Source: Candidatus Gastranaerophilales bacterium (GTDB lineage: Bacteria; Cyanobacteriota; Vampirovibrionia; Gastranaerophilales; Gastranaerophilaceae). Taken from it: a DNA stretch of 64,000 bases. This document shows positions 46,986 through 56,205 of this stretch, in pieces (the stretch's first letter is position 1; each line of letters starts with the position of its first letter). Under the pieces are notes generated by a model. The model was not told where the DNA came from and did no database searches. It was given only the letters and a program-made list of their open reading frames with translations. Position numbers and translations under genes: made by a program. The stretch is taken from assembly GCA_947624685.1 (NCBI GenBank), contig CANQLJ010000003.1:13067-77066 (forward strand), in the 5' to 3' direction.

Positions 46986-47111
46986 CTATGAATGTTTTTT
47001 GAGTATTTCTTCGCGCCATTTTTCAAGCTGTTGTTCAACAAATTCGGCATCGTCCGAGGAAAATTCTATCTCTAATTCACCTTTTTTCATTTTAAAAACG
47101 TATTGAGGCAT
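46986..47111 (-). CDS. Candidate 41-aa small protein (below the ORF-track cutoff)
   Basis: Hand translation: MPQYVFKMKKGELEIEFSSDDAEFVEQQLEKWREEILKKHS. AGGAG lies 7 nt upstream of the ATG, and the stop is 23 nt before the 695-aa gene start. Confidence 0.35.
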   Translation of the reverse strand: MPQYVFKMKKGELEIEFSSDDAEFVEQQLEKWREEILKKHS

Positions 47112-47318
47112 GATAAACTCCTAATATTCTTCCAACATTATAATCAAAATCTATCGAATATTCTTCTTTTTTTAAGTTATGTAAAAATATTTTTTTTGAT
47201 TGATTTTTCAAAAAAAGTTGTTAAATTACTATTGTAAAATAAATTTTTTACTTTATATGTATGACTAAATAATAAAAAATTTTCCCTATAATATTTCTGG
47301 GGAGAAAAAGGGGTTATT

Positions 47319-48926
47319 TTGTATAATTCAATTTATCCGATAAATATCAATTTTGCCAAAAAGAATCACTTTCAAAAAAACAAAGAGACTGATTCAAATA
47401 ACGCCGAACAAAAACAAAGCACAAGTGTCGGCTATCAAAGTGCGCAAAATCAAACTTTCCCCAATGGTACAAAAGTCGCAATCGATTATACAAAAGGTCA
47501 TATAAATATAACCCAGGTTATTTCCGATTTTAAAAGCACCGTTGTTGCAATTAATGCCCCCGATGACATTAGAGAAGAAGTCTATGCCTACTTAGATTTA
47601 GTTGAAAAAGAGGCAAAAAAACAAAATCCGTCAAGACAAATTGTTTTATCTAATTTAAAAAATGCTTCTTATATAACCGATGGCTACATCGCAAGCGCGC
47701 TTAAAAAGCCAAGTGACGTTGTTTTAAAGTGGATTGAGACTTTGTTTTTGCAAAACATCAATCTAAAAGCAGATTATAATGAAATTAATGAAGATTTCAA
47801 ACTCGTTTTCCCAAAAGGCGCAAAGACTTCAAGTAACGAGGTTGATATTGAACAAAATAACCAAAATACCCCAAAAAATATAGAAGATAATACTAAAATT
47901 GACGAACCAAAACAAAGTGCAATTAGTGCTGCTTCCGTGCAATCAAAGGATTCAACCGTTGAATCAGGTATTATAATTACTCCAAAACCGATTGAAGAAA
48001 ATAATACAAATAACAATAATATAGTGCAGCAAAGCGACATTGAATTATCAAATGTCGTTAATGAAGATGTAACAGATGAAAGCCTTTCAAACGATGAAAT
48101 TGCTTATGATGATGTTTCAGATAATGAATATAATGATGTTTCTAAAACTCAGACCCCCTTTTCCCCGCTGTGTGTGGAAGATATTAAAGCAAAAGAATTA
48201 TTTACAAAGGCAAAAAGTATGCCTTCAAATAATTTAGGAGATACTCAAGCGCTCAATTTATTAAACGATGCGCTTGGTATCATTGCAAACAGCGAAAATT
48301 CCAACAAAAATATTAAAGCGGCGCTTCATATCGAAAGAGGAAAAATCTTTGATAACTATGATTATGTCGATTATGCTCTAAGAGACTATTTTGAAGCGAC
48401 AAAAGCGGATGATTATAACCTAAAAGCACAAGCTTTCTATAAATCGGCACTTTTGTATGATGAATTTTCTCAATTTTATCCCGCCCTTGATAATTACCTC
48501 TCAAGCGTCGCTTATAGCGGACAAGCGGAAAATTATGACGCTCAAACAAGGGTATTATTAAAAGTGTCTAATTTATACAGCAAAAAATACGACTATCAAA
48601 ACGCCCGCGAATATGCCGATTTGGCGCTTGATACGGCGCAAGACACTAATGACGCTAAATTAATTGCAAATACATATTCTCTTGATGCACAAAATTCACT
48701 TGAACAGGGAGACAACGAAAGAGCGCTAAACAGCTTTAAAAATGCTCTGAGCAACTTTTTTAAGACCGATGAAAGCTATGAACAAATGGCTTATAACTAT
48801 GAACAAGCTTCTTTAGTAATGGAAAAATTGGGCAATCGCGCTAAGGCAGCGAAGCTTCAAGCGAAGGCTGAGCTATATTATCAAAAAGCGCAACTTGAGC
48901 CGGGGCAGTTGGCAAAAGCAAGTTAA
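47319..48926 (+). CDS. Hypothetical protein with TPR-like C-terminal half
   Basis: 535 aa from a TTG start preceded by aaaagggg. The N-terminal half is N/Q/S-rich and the C-terminal ~230 aa have TPR-like periodicity. Confidence 0.45.
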   Translation: MYNSIYPININFAKKNHFQKNKETDSNNAEQKQSTSVGYQSAQNQTFPNGTKVAIDYTKGHINITQVISDFKSTVVAINAPDDIREEVYAYLDLVEKEAKKQNPSRQIVLSNLKNASYITDGYIASALKKPSDVVLKWIETLFLQNINLKADYNEINEDFKLVFPKGAKTSSNEVDIEQNNQNTPKNIEDNTKIDEPKQSAISAASVQSKDSTVESGIIITPKPIEENNTNNNNIVQQSDIELSNVVNEDVTDESLSNDEIAYDDVSDNEYNDVSKTQTPFSPLCVEDIKAKELFTKAKSMPSNNLGDTQALNLLNDALGIIANSENSNKNIKAALHIERGKIFDNYDYVDYALRDYFEATKADDYNLKAQAFYKSALLYDEFSQFYPALDNYLSSVAYSGQAENYDAQTRVLLKVSNLYSKKYDYQNAREYADLALDTAQDTNDAKLIANTYSLDAQNSLEQGDNERALNSFKNALSNFFKTDESYEQMAYNYEQASLVMEKLGNRAKAAKLQAKAELYYQKAQLEPGQLAKAS

Positions 48927-49917
48927 TCTTTGAATTTTCAACTTTTTTATCCTGATACATAAGAGAAATTATCTCGTCTTTTTTATATTTTTTAAATTTC
49001 TTTTCGATTTTTGGGTTTATTAAATCAAATTTTTCCAAAAGAAAATCGATGTTATTAAAATATTCTTTTGATATAAGTTCTTTTTGATAGGCTAAAAGGC
49101 TTGCGCATTTTATACCATAGGCGACAGCAAGCCCGTGGGAGAATTTTTTATATTTTGAAATTGTTTCATAAGCGTGAGCGAATGTGTGACCGAAATTGAG
49201 AATTTTTCTTAAATCTTTTTCAAAGCCGTCAATAGAAACTACTGTGGCTTTTAAACTTGCGCAGGCATGAATTATAAAATCGAGTGATTTTTTAACGTCA
49301 TCTTTTTGGTTAATATTAAGATAATTTAATAAATCAAAATTATTTTTATTTAAGCAGGATTTTTCAATTAGAGCGTATTTTATAATTTCCCCTAATCCGC
49401 ACAGATACTGCTTTTCATCTAATGTATTTAAAAATTGCGGATCAATTAGGATTTTTTTTGCAAAATAAAACGAACCTATTAGGTTTTTTCCGTATTTTGT
49501 ATTAAACCCCGTTTTTCCTCCGATACTTGAATCGCACATTGCAAGAAGTGTCGTTGGGACTTGGATTAATTCCACTCCTCTTAAGATACCGGAAGCGCAA
49601 TACCCTGCCATATCCCCCACGACTCCGCCGCCAAGAGCGACAATAGCGTCTTTTCTTTCGATTTTTGCTTTTAACAATTCATTTAAGATATATTCAAAAG
49701 TCTTTATATTTTTATATTTTTCGCCGTCTTTAATTATGATTACTCTTGATTTATTGAATTTATAGATGATTTCGGGGTATAATTTTGCAATTGTTTCGTT
49801 TGTGATTAAAAAATAATTCTTATTTTCAAAATAATATTCAAGATTTAACCTGAGGTCATTTTCAATTATTATTTCGCTTTTGATATTTTCATCTTTTGAA
49901 ATTAATATTTTTTCCAT
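48841..49917 (-). CDS. aroB: 3-dehydroquinate synthase
   Basis: GGGVVGDMAGY, the GEIIKYAL-type motif, HGLAVAYG and DKK near the C-terminus. Confidence 0.9.
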   Translation of the reverse strand: MEKILISKDENIKSEIIIENDLRLNLEYYFENKNYFLITNETIAKLYPEIIYKFNKSRVIIIKDGEKYKNIKTFEYILNELLKAKIERKDAIVALGGGVVGDMAGYCASGILRGVELIQVPTTLLAMCDSSIGGKTGFNTKYGKNLIGSFYFAKKILIDPQFLNTLDEKQYLCGLGEIIKYALIEKSCLNKNNFDLLNYLNINQKDDVKKSLDFIIHACASLKATVVSIDGFEKDLRKILNFGHTFAHAYETISKYKKFSHGLAVAYGIKCASLLAYQKELISKEYFNNIDFLLEKFDLINPKIEKKFKKYKKDEIISLMYQDKKVENSKINLLLPTAPAQVALFDNIAQPSLEASLP

Positions 49918-49934
49918 AACTTTCCCCGAAGCGT

Positions 49935-50447
49935 TTATTTTAATTTTTCAATTATTTCTTTTGTAATATTTTCAATCGGCTTGTTGTTTGTATCTATTAT
50001 AAAATCCGCCATTTCATAGTATTTTTTTCGATTTAAAATGATTTTTTCAATCTCTTTTTCTTTATTCTCAACATTTAAAAGAGGCCTTGAAGAATCGTTT
50101 TTTATTCTTTTTAAAATTTCGTTTTTATCGGCATAAAGATAAAACGTTGTAATATCGGATTCAAAAAGGACTGTTCTATTTTTTTCATCTAAGATAATTC
50201 CGCCTCCGGTTGACAAGATGAAGCTATCTTTTTTTGAAATATTTAATAAAATTTCCGATTCTTTTTTTCTAAAATCTTTTTCGCCAAACTTTTTAAAGTA
50301 GTCTTTGATTTTTATATTTTCTTTTCTTTCAAAAATGTCGTCGCAATCCAGCGCTTCTATATTTAAAATATCGGCTAATTTTTTTGATATTGTGGTTTTA
50401 CCCGATGCCATCATCCCAATTAGCGCAATTTTTCGTTTGGATAACAT
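49935..50447 (-). CDS. aroK: Shikimate kinase
   Basis: P-loop GMMASGKTT, DCDDIFE, GEKDFRKKE, STGGG. Confidence 0.85.
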   Translation of the reverse strand: MLSKRKIALIGMMASGKTTISKKLADILNIEALDCDDIFERKENIKIKDYFKKFGEKDFRKKESEILLNISKKDSFILSTGGGIILDEKNRTVLFESDITTFYLYADKNEILKRIKNDSSRPLLNVENKEKEIEKIILNRKKYYEMADFIIDTNNKPIENITKEIIEKLK

Positions 50448-51568
50448 TATATTTCATCCAATCTTTTTAAATAATTTTTATAGGCTTCATCAATATCTCT
50501 TTTTGTGTCGTGCGTAAATTTATCCAAAAATTCATCTAAGATAGTGATTGCGCTCATATTTCTTGCAACAACAGCGCATGCGTCAACTGCGCAAGCGTCC
50601 GCTCTTTCAAAATGGGCTTTTTGAGGGTTATGTGATTTCATTTCAACCGAATCAAGCGCTTTTTTGATTGTCGGGATGGGTTTCATTGCAACGGTTAAAA
50701 TAATATCTTCTCCGTTTGTCATTCCGCCTTCAATTCCGCCTGAGGAGTTGGTTTTTCTATGATATTTTGTATCATAATATATTTCATCGTGCGCAAATGA
50801 CCCTTTTTTTGTGGCATAGTCTTTTCCAAGCCCGATTTCAACTGATTTTACGGCGGGAATTGACATTAAAGCCCCTGCCAGTTTTCCATCCAATCTTCTA
50901 TCGAAATGGACAAAGCTTCCAAGGCCAACAGGTACATTTTTTATGATGACTCTAATAATTCCTCCTATGGAATCGCCTTCTTTTTGACAAGCCTCGATAT
51001 ATGAATCAAATTCGTCTTTATTTTCGCAAGGGCCGATTTGAATAATTTCGCTTGAAAAACTAATGTCATAATACTTTAAGATATTTTGGCAAATTGCACC
51101 CACTGCCACTCTTGTTGCGGTTTCTCTGGCGCTTGACCTTTCAAGACAATATCTTATATCGTCAAAATCATATTTCATCACACCCGAAAAATCAGCATGT
51201 GCAGGGCGAAAGCGGGTGATTTTTTTTGAATCGATTTCTTGTTTTATTTTTTCAGCTTCGTCGGGGGCAAATTTTTCAAAAGGGATTTTTTCAACACTCA
51301 TCGGATAAACCCAATTTTTACAATCCCTGTTTTCTATTTCAATTGCAATCGGGCCGGCTGTTGTTATACCGTGCCTTACTCCTGATAAAATCTTGATTTT
51401 ATCTTTTTCAATTTTCATTCTCCCGCCACGGCCTGTGCCTTGTTGGCGGGAAGAAAGTTCATTATTTATAAAATCAAAATCAAGTTCAAAGCCATATGGG
51501 ATACCCTCAATTATTGCGCTTAAGCAGGGCCCGTGGGATTCTCCGGCTGTAAGGAATCTGATAGCCAT
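50447..51568 (-). CDS. aroC: Chorismate synthase
   Basis: FLTAGESHG N-terminus, RPAHAD, SARETA, GGIEGGM. Confidence 0.9.
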   Translation of the reverse strand: MAIRFLTAGESHGPCLSAIIEGIPYGFELDFDFINNELSSRQQGTGRGGRMKIEKDKIKILSGVRHGITTAGPIAIEIENRDCKNWVYPMSVEKIPFEKFAPDEAEKIKQEIDSKKITRFRPAHADFSGVMKYDFDDIRYCLERSSARETATRVAVGAICQNILKYYDISFSSEIIQIGPCENKDEFDSYIEACQKEGDSIGGIIRVIIKNVPVGLGSFVHFDRRLDGKLAGALMSIPAVKSVEIGLGKDYATKKGSFAHDEIYYDTKYHRKTNSSGGIEGGMTNGEDIILTVAMKPIPTIKKALDSVEMKSHNPQKAHFERADACAVDACAVVARNMSAITILDEFLDKFTHDTKRDIDEAYKNYLKRLDEI

Positions 51569-51571
51569 AAT

Positions 51572-52309
51572 CTACACCATCACCCAGGGTTTTTCTTCTT
51601 TTGCAATTATCACTTCGACTTTTGTCTTGGCAATAAGCCCTTGTATTAAAGGTAGTACAGGCAATTCCGATTCAAAGTGCCCAATATCAACAACTGCAAA
51701 ATTTTCCACTTCAAGCGCCTTATGGAATTTTATGTCGCCCGTTATATAAATATCAACGTCATAATTTCTTAATTTATCTATAAAAGAGCCTCCGCCTCCG
51801 GCGCAAACGGCGATATTTTTAACTATTTCGATGTTGTTTGGGTTGATTAATTTAACATGTTCAAGATTCATTGCCTGTTTGATGTTTGTAATTAACTGTT
51901 CAAGCGCCAGTTCGTCTTTAAGATGGGCAATTTTTATATAATCTTCGACCGTTACAAGGTTTTGAAGCCCCAAAACCCCGCAAAGAGCGTCCGTAGTTGA
52001 ACCATAGGTTTTATCAAGGTTTGTATGGGCGCAATAGATGCAAATATTATTTTTAATTGCATCCGCTATAAGCCCGTTGTAGATTTTTTTAATCGGGTTA
52101 AAAATAAGAGGATGATGCGTTATAATTAAATCGCAATCGTTTGTTATTGCTTGCTCCAGCGTATCTCGAGTGAGTGATAGTGCTACTAACACCTTATTTA
52201 CATAATCATGACCCAAGTTAATCTGCCAGCCGGAGTTATCCCAGGGTTCAGCCAAATCAAGAGAAGCGTATTTTTCAATTTTTGAAATAATTTCATCGGT
52301 TTTAATCAC
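51572..52309 (-). CDS. Nif3-family dinuclear-metal-centre protein (YbgI/GTP cyclohydrolase 1 type 2 homolog)
   Basis: DNSGWQ, ITHHPLIF and GHFESE motifs. I prefer the GTG start at 52309, preceded by GGAGG (ggaggttgtttGTG), over the upstream ATG at 52336. Confidence 0.8.
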   Translation of the reverse strand: MIKTDEIISKIEKYASLDLAEPWDNSGWQINLGHDYVNKVLVALSLTRDTLEQAITNDCDLIITHHPLIFNPIKKIYNGLIADAIKNNICIYCAHTNLDKTYGSTTDALCGVLGLQNLVTVEDYIKIAHLKDELALEQLITNIKQAMNLEHVKLINPNNIEIVKNIAVCAGGGGSFIDKLRNYDVDIYITGDIKFHKALEVENFAVVDIGHFESELPVLPLIQGLIAKTKVEVIIAKEEKPWVMV

Positions 52310-53489
52310 AAACAACCTCCAAAATCTTTTTTGCAATATTTTCTTTTGTATCTAAATCTATATCTATTATATTATCACTTTTATCAATAATTGTAACCTT
52401 ATTTTTATCCGTATTGAGTGCAGTTTTAATTTCGTTTGCAACAATATAATCAAGGTTTTTGTTTTTTAGTTTCTTTTTAGCGCAATTTATTATGTCATCA
52501 TCCGCCAAGCAAAAGCCGATTATTTTTTGGTATTCTTTTTTTTCTTTAGCAACAGTTGATACAATATCGGGGTTTTTAATTAATTTTAAAATAAACTCAT
52601 CTTTTATATGTTCTTTTGATATTTTTGTTTCATTTATGTTTTCGCTTCTAAAATCAGCAACCGCTGCAGCCATTATGAGATAATCAAAACCCCGCTCCTC
52701 TTTATTATCATTTTGAATTTCTCTTAATTTTTCAAGCATTTCAAGGGCGCTATCGACTTTTATTGTTTTATAGGGCATATCTATTTCAACTGTTGTAATT
52801 GCCGTAACGTCATAACCCGAATAATATGCCCAATTTGCTATAGCTATACCCATTTTGCCCGAGGATAGGTTTGTTATATATCTTACATTATCGATTTTTT
52901 CTTTTGTTGCACCTATTGTTACAACGATTTTTTTAGAATTATTTTCTTTGTTTTGATAAAGAAGCCTTAATGTCTTATGATAAATTGTCTCGATTTTTGC
53001 TAATCTTCCGACACCGTCTTTGCCGCAGGCTAAAAAACCTGTTTCCGGGTAGATAATAGTGCAGTCAAGATTTTTTAGTGTATCAAGATTTTGTTGAATA
53101 ATGGGGTTATTCCACATGCCTTCGTTCATTGCGGGAGCTAACAGCACGGGCTTTTTATATCCAAAATATGCACAAAAAACACTTGTTAAAAGGTTATCGC
53201 AAATGCCTTGAGCGATTTTTGAAATGGTGTTTGCGCTTATTGGAGCAATGACAAAAACATCCGCCCAAGTGGCCAGCGTTATGTGTTCTATATCATCTCT
53301 TGAAGCAAATTGTTCGAAATAAACCTTATTTTGGCTCAGCGCTTCAAGGGTTAAGGGTGAAACGAAATTAAGCGCATTCGGGCTTAAGATTACTTTTACA
53401 TTAAAGCCCGATTTTTTGTACATTCTTATTAATTCATATATCTTATAGGCGCTTATTGATGAAGTTATGGCAATTAGGATATTTTTCAC
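52302..53489 (-). CDS. coaBC: Bifunctional phosphopantothenoylcysteine decarboxylase / synthetase
   Basis: Flavoprotein N-domain (ILIAITSSISAYK, APAMN) and the DFP C-domain (ITNLSSGKMG, AAAVADF). Confidence 0.9.
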   Translation of the reverse strand: MKNILIAITSSISAYKIYELIRMYKKSGFNVKVILSPNALNFVSPLTLEALSQNKVYFEQFASRDDIEHITLATWADVFVIAPISANTISKIAQGICDNLLTSVFCAYFGYKKPVLLAPAMNEGMWNNPIIQQNLDTLKNLDCTIIYPETGFLACGKDGVGRLAKIETIYHKTLRLLYQNKENNSKKIVVTIGATKEKIDNVRYITNLSSGKMGIAIANWAYYSGYDVTAITTVEIDMPYKTIKVDSALEMLEKLREIQNDNKEERGFDYLIMAAAVADFRSENINETKISKEHIKDEFILKLIKNPDIVSTVAKEKKEYQKIIGFCLADDDIINCAKKKLKNKNLDYIVANEIKTALNTDKNKVTIIDKSDNIIDIDLDTKENIAKKILEVVCD

Positions 53490-54073
53490 TATTTTGTTTC
53501 CCTGTTAAATATTTCAAGAAGCTTATTTACCGCATTTTCTACAATATCATTTTCTATTACATATTGAAATTTATCGATATTTTTAAGTTCTTCTTTGGCG
53601 CTTTGAAGCCTTTTTTGGATTTTTGTTTCGTCTTCCGTGTGTCTTCCTCTCAATCTTTTTTCAAGCTCATCAAATGTCGGAGGCTTGATGAAGATTGAAA
53701 CGGCATCGGGACATTTTTTCATGACTTGAAGTGCGCCTTGAAGCTCGATTTCAAGAAGAACGCTCTTTCCTTTTTTTAGATTTTCCTCGACAAAATTTTT
53801 GTTTGTTCCGTAGTAATTATCACTATAGAGCGCGTATTCAAGGAATTCATCATTTTCAATCATCTTTTTAAATTCGTCTTTGGAAGCGAAAAAATAGTGC
53901 ACACCTTGTTTTTCGCCTTCGCGGGGAGCTCTTGTTGTGGATGAGATTGAATAGATTATGTTTTCGCCCGCGACTTTAAAAAAATCCGCGAGTATTGTTC
54001 CTTTGCCCACGCCCGAGGGCCCTGTAAAAATTATTAATTTGGGTTTACGGTTTTTCATTTTCGTTATCTTCAT
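53489..54073 (-). CDS. gmk: Guanylate kinase
   Basis: GPSGVGKGT, STTRAPREGE..G..YFF. Confidence 0.9.
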   Translation of the reverse strand: MKITKMKNRKPKLIIFTGPSGVGKGTILADFFKVAGENIIYSISSTTRAPREGEKQGVHYFFASKDEFKKMIENDEFLEYALYSDNYYGTNKNFVEENLKKGKSVLLEIELQGALQVMKKCPDAVSIFIKPPTFDELEKRLRGRHTEDETKIQKRLQSAKEELKNIDKFQYVIENDIVENAVNKLLEIFNRETK

Positions 54074-54314
54074 TAGCGGTTAATCCATTATATAATAAAT
54101 TTTATTTTTTGCTAGATATAATTTGATTTTTTATTTTAAAAACCCTTTTAATTTGAGGGTTTTATTTTATTAAAAAATTAATTGTAAAGTTTTGTTAAAT
54201 GTATATAACTTTTATGTCAATTAAATTCAAGAAATTTTTTTTATTAAAATATCAATATGAATGGCCATCACATATTATTATTTGCAAGGATATAAAAAGG
54301 TTCAAGGAGAGAAA

Positions 54315-54512
54315 ATGATTAAAACCGTTGATGATGTACGGGCTATGCTAAAAAAATATGCACATTGCGATATGGCAAAGGCTATGGGTCAAAATAGAAA
54401 CAGAAAAGAAATTAAAGAAGAAAAAGTCCATCCGTCCATAAAGCAAGCAAGGGAATCATTAAAAAGCACTTATTATGATGCCAGTATATTTACGGATGCA
54501 AGCGTTGAATAA
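54315..54512 (+). CDS. Small hypothetical protein
   Basis: 65 aa from ATG 54315, with AAGGAG upstream. It shares a 12-nt leader motif with the next gene. Confidence 0.35.
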   Translation: MIKTVDDVRAMLKKYAHCDMAKAMGQNRNRKEIKEEKVHPSIKQARESLKSTYYDASIFTDASVE

Positions 54513-54568
54513 GTTCAATAAAATATAAGAGTTTGCAAGGATAGAAGAAAGTTTTAGGGAGAAAACGC

Positions 54569-55030
54569 ATGATTAGAATTAATGAAACGTATACACAAGG
54601 AACAAGTGAAGCACAAACTTATAAACCAAATTCAACCGAGCAAGAAGAAGAAAGAAGCTACGGGGATATTTTTGGCGAAATCGAAGATGATGTTAAAGAA
54701 ATCGGACAAAAGGCGGTTGATGATGTAACAGAAATTGCGCAAACATTGGCTAATGAGGTCGAAGAATATGGCAGGGAATTGGCTGGCAGTGCTGAAGATG
54801 TAGCTCAAAAAGCGAGAGATTTAGCAGAAAGCACCACGGATTTGGCCAAAAAAGCCGCACCTGCCCTTGCTTTTGTTTGTCCGCTTTTTGGGGCTGCTGT
54901 TTTAGGCGTTAATTTAATAAAGAAGGCCGATCAAGCACTTAAAGATAAATTTGGCGAATTGGAAATTAATCCTTTGACTATAGGTGTGGGTTATGGCTCA
55001 AAAATAGACATAAAACAATTATTAGATTAA
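54569..55030 (+). CDS. Hypothetical acidic helical protein with C-terminal TM helix
   Basis: 153 aa. It has repeated A/E-rich amphipathic segments, then AAPALAFVCPLFGAAVLGVNLI. Confidence 0.4.
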   Translation: MIRINETYTQGTSEAQTYKPNSTEQEEERSYGDIFGEIEDDVKEIGQKAVDDVTEIAQTLANEVEEYGRELAGSAEDVAQKARDLAESTTDLAKKAAPALAFVCPLFGAAVLGVNLIKKADQALKDKFGELEINPLTIGVGYGSKIDIKQLLD

Positions 55031-55046
55031 TTATATTTTATCACTG

Positions 55047-55086
55047 AAAAAAGCCCCGATTGCTAAATGCAATTTGGGGCTTTTTG
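55047..55086. terminator. Bidirectional terminator between convergent genes
   Basis: aaaagccccgattgc / gcaatttggggctttt hairpin, flanked by A and T runs. Confidence 0.6.
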
Positions 55087-55131
55087 ATTTTATTTACTTG
55101 CTTATTTACTTATTTTTAGTTTTCAAGCTTC

Positions 55132-56205
55132 TTAAACTTCCACATATTCTTTTAATCTTTTTGAGCGGTTCGGGTGGCGAAGTTTGCGAAGTGCTTTTGC
55201 TTCAATTTGGCGGATTCTTTCTCTTGTGACGCCAAAGAGTTGTCCGACTTCTTCCAATGTTCTTTGTCTGCCGTCGTCCATGCCGAAGCGAAGCCTTAAA
55301 ACATCTCTTTCTCTGGGGGATAATGAACCCAATACTTCCGCCAAGTCTTCTCTTAAAAGCTCATGGGCAACGGTTTTTACGGGAGCATCAGCGTCTTTAT
55401 CTTCAATAAAATCGCCAAGGCGAGAATCTTCTTCTTTTCCTATCGGAGTTTCAAGTGATAATGGTTCTTGGGCGACTTTAATTATTTCTCTTAATTTATT
55501 AATTGATATACCCATTTCAGCCGACAGCTCTTCCTCTGAGGGTTTTCTTGCAAGCTCTTGAGCTAATTTTCTTGTAACTTTTTTGAGTTTATTAATGGTT
55601 TCAACCATATGAACCGGGATTCTGATGGTTCTTGCCTGGTCGGCGATTGCTCTTGTGATTGCCTGGCGAATCCACCAAGTTGCATAAGTTGAAAATTTAT
55701 ATCCTCTTTCATGGTCAAATTTTTCTGCGGCTCTGATTAACCCCAGGTTTCCTTCTTGGATTAAATCCAAAAAGAGCATACCGCGACCGACGTATTTTTT
55801 AGCAATAGATACAACAAGCCTTAAGTTTGCTTGGACAAGTTTTCTTTTTGCGACGGCGCCTGAATTTCCGCCTGCGACAATTTTTCTTGCCAAATCAATT
55901 TCTTCGTCTGCCGTTAAAAGTTTGATTCTTCCAATCTCTCTTAAGTACATTCTTACCGGATCGTCAACTGAAATGCCTTTTGGAATTGCTATATCGCCAT
56001 CAGCCGATTCGTCATCGTCGTCTGAATTATCGAAAAAAGAAGGCACGCTCGATGTTTCAATTGTGCTAACGCCTTGAGTTCTCATAATGTTTGAGATATT
56101 GTCGGTTTCAAGACCGGTGGATTCAAAATACTCGTCGTCTTCAATCATTTCCGATTTATCTAAAACGCTAATTGTTGAACTTTCAGGATTTCTTTTTCTG
56201 CTCAT
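55132..56205 (-). CDS. rpoD: Primary (group 1) RNA polymerase sigma factor
   Basis: Regions 1.2-4.2 are recognisable: [80 protein letters not shown]. Confidence 0.95.
   Translation of the reverse strand: MSRKRNPESSTISVLDKSEMIEDDEYFESTGLETDNISNIMRTQGVSTIETSSVPSFFDNSDDDDESADGDIAIPKGISVDDPVRMYLREIGRIKLLTADEEIDLARKIVAGGNSGAVAKRKLVQANLRLVVSIAKKYVGRGMLFLDLIQEGNLGLIRAAEKFDHERGYKFSTYATWWIRQAITRAIADQARTIRIPVHMVETINKLKKVTRKLAQELARKPSEEELSAEMGISINKLREIIKVAQEPLSLETPIGKEEDSRLGDFIEDKDADAPVKTVAHELLREDLAEVLGSLSPRERDVLRLRFGMDDGRQRTLEEVGQLFGVTRERIRQIEAKALRKLRHPNRSKRLKEYVEV

Noticed and set aside
44875-47111. Apparent similarity between the 41-aa micro-ORF and the N-terminus of the 695-aa protein.
   Set aside because: By hand, only a loose K.G.E...S.D pattern aligns, which is too weak to claim paralogy.
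54138-54170. Hairpin aaaccct-N9-agggttt with flanking A/T runs in the gmk / 54315 divergent intergenic region.
   Set aside because: It looks like a terminator, but no gene reads into it from either side. Its function is unclear and I cannot support a call.
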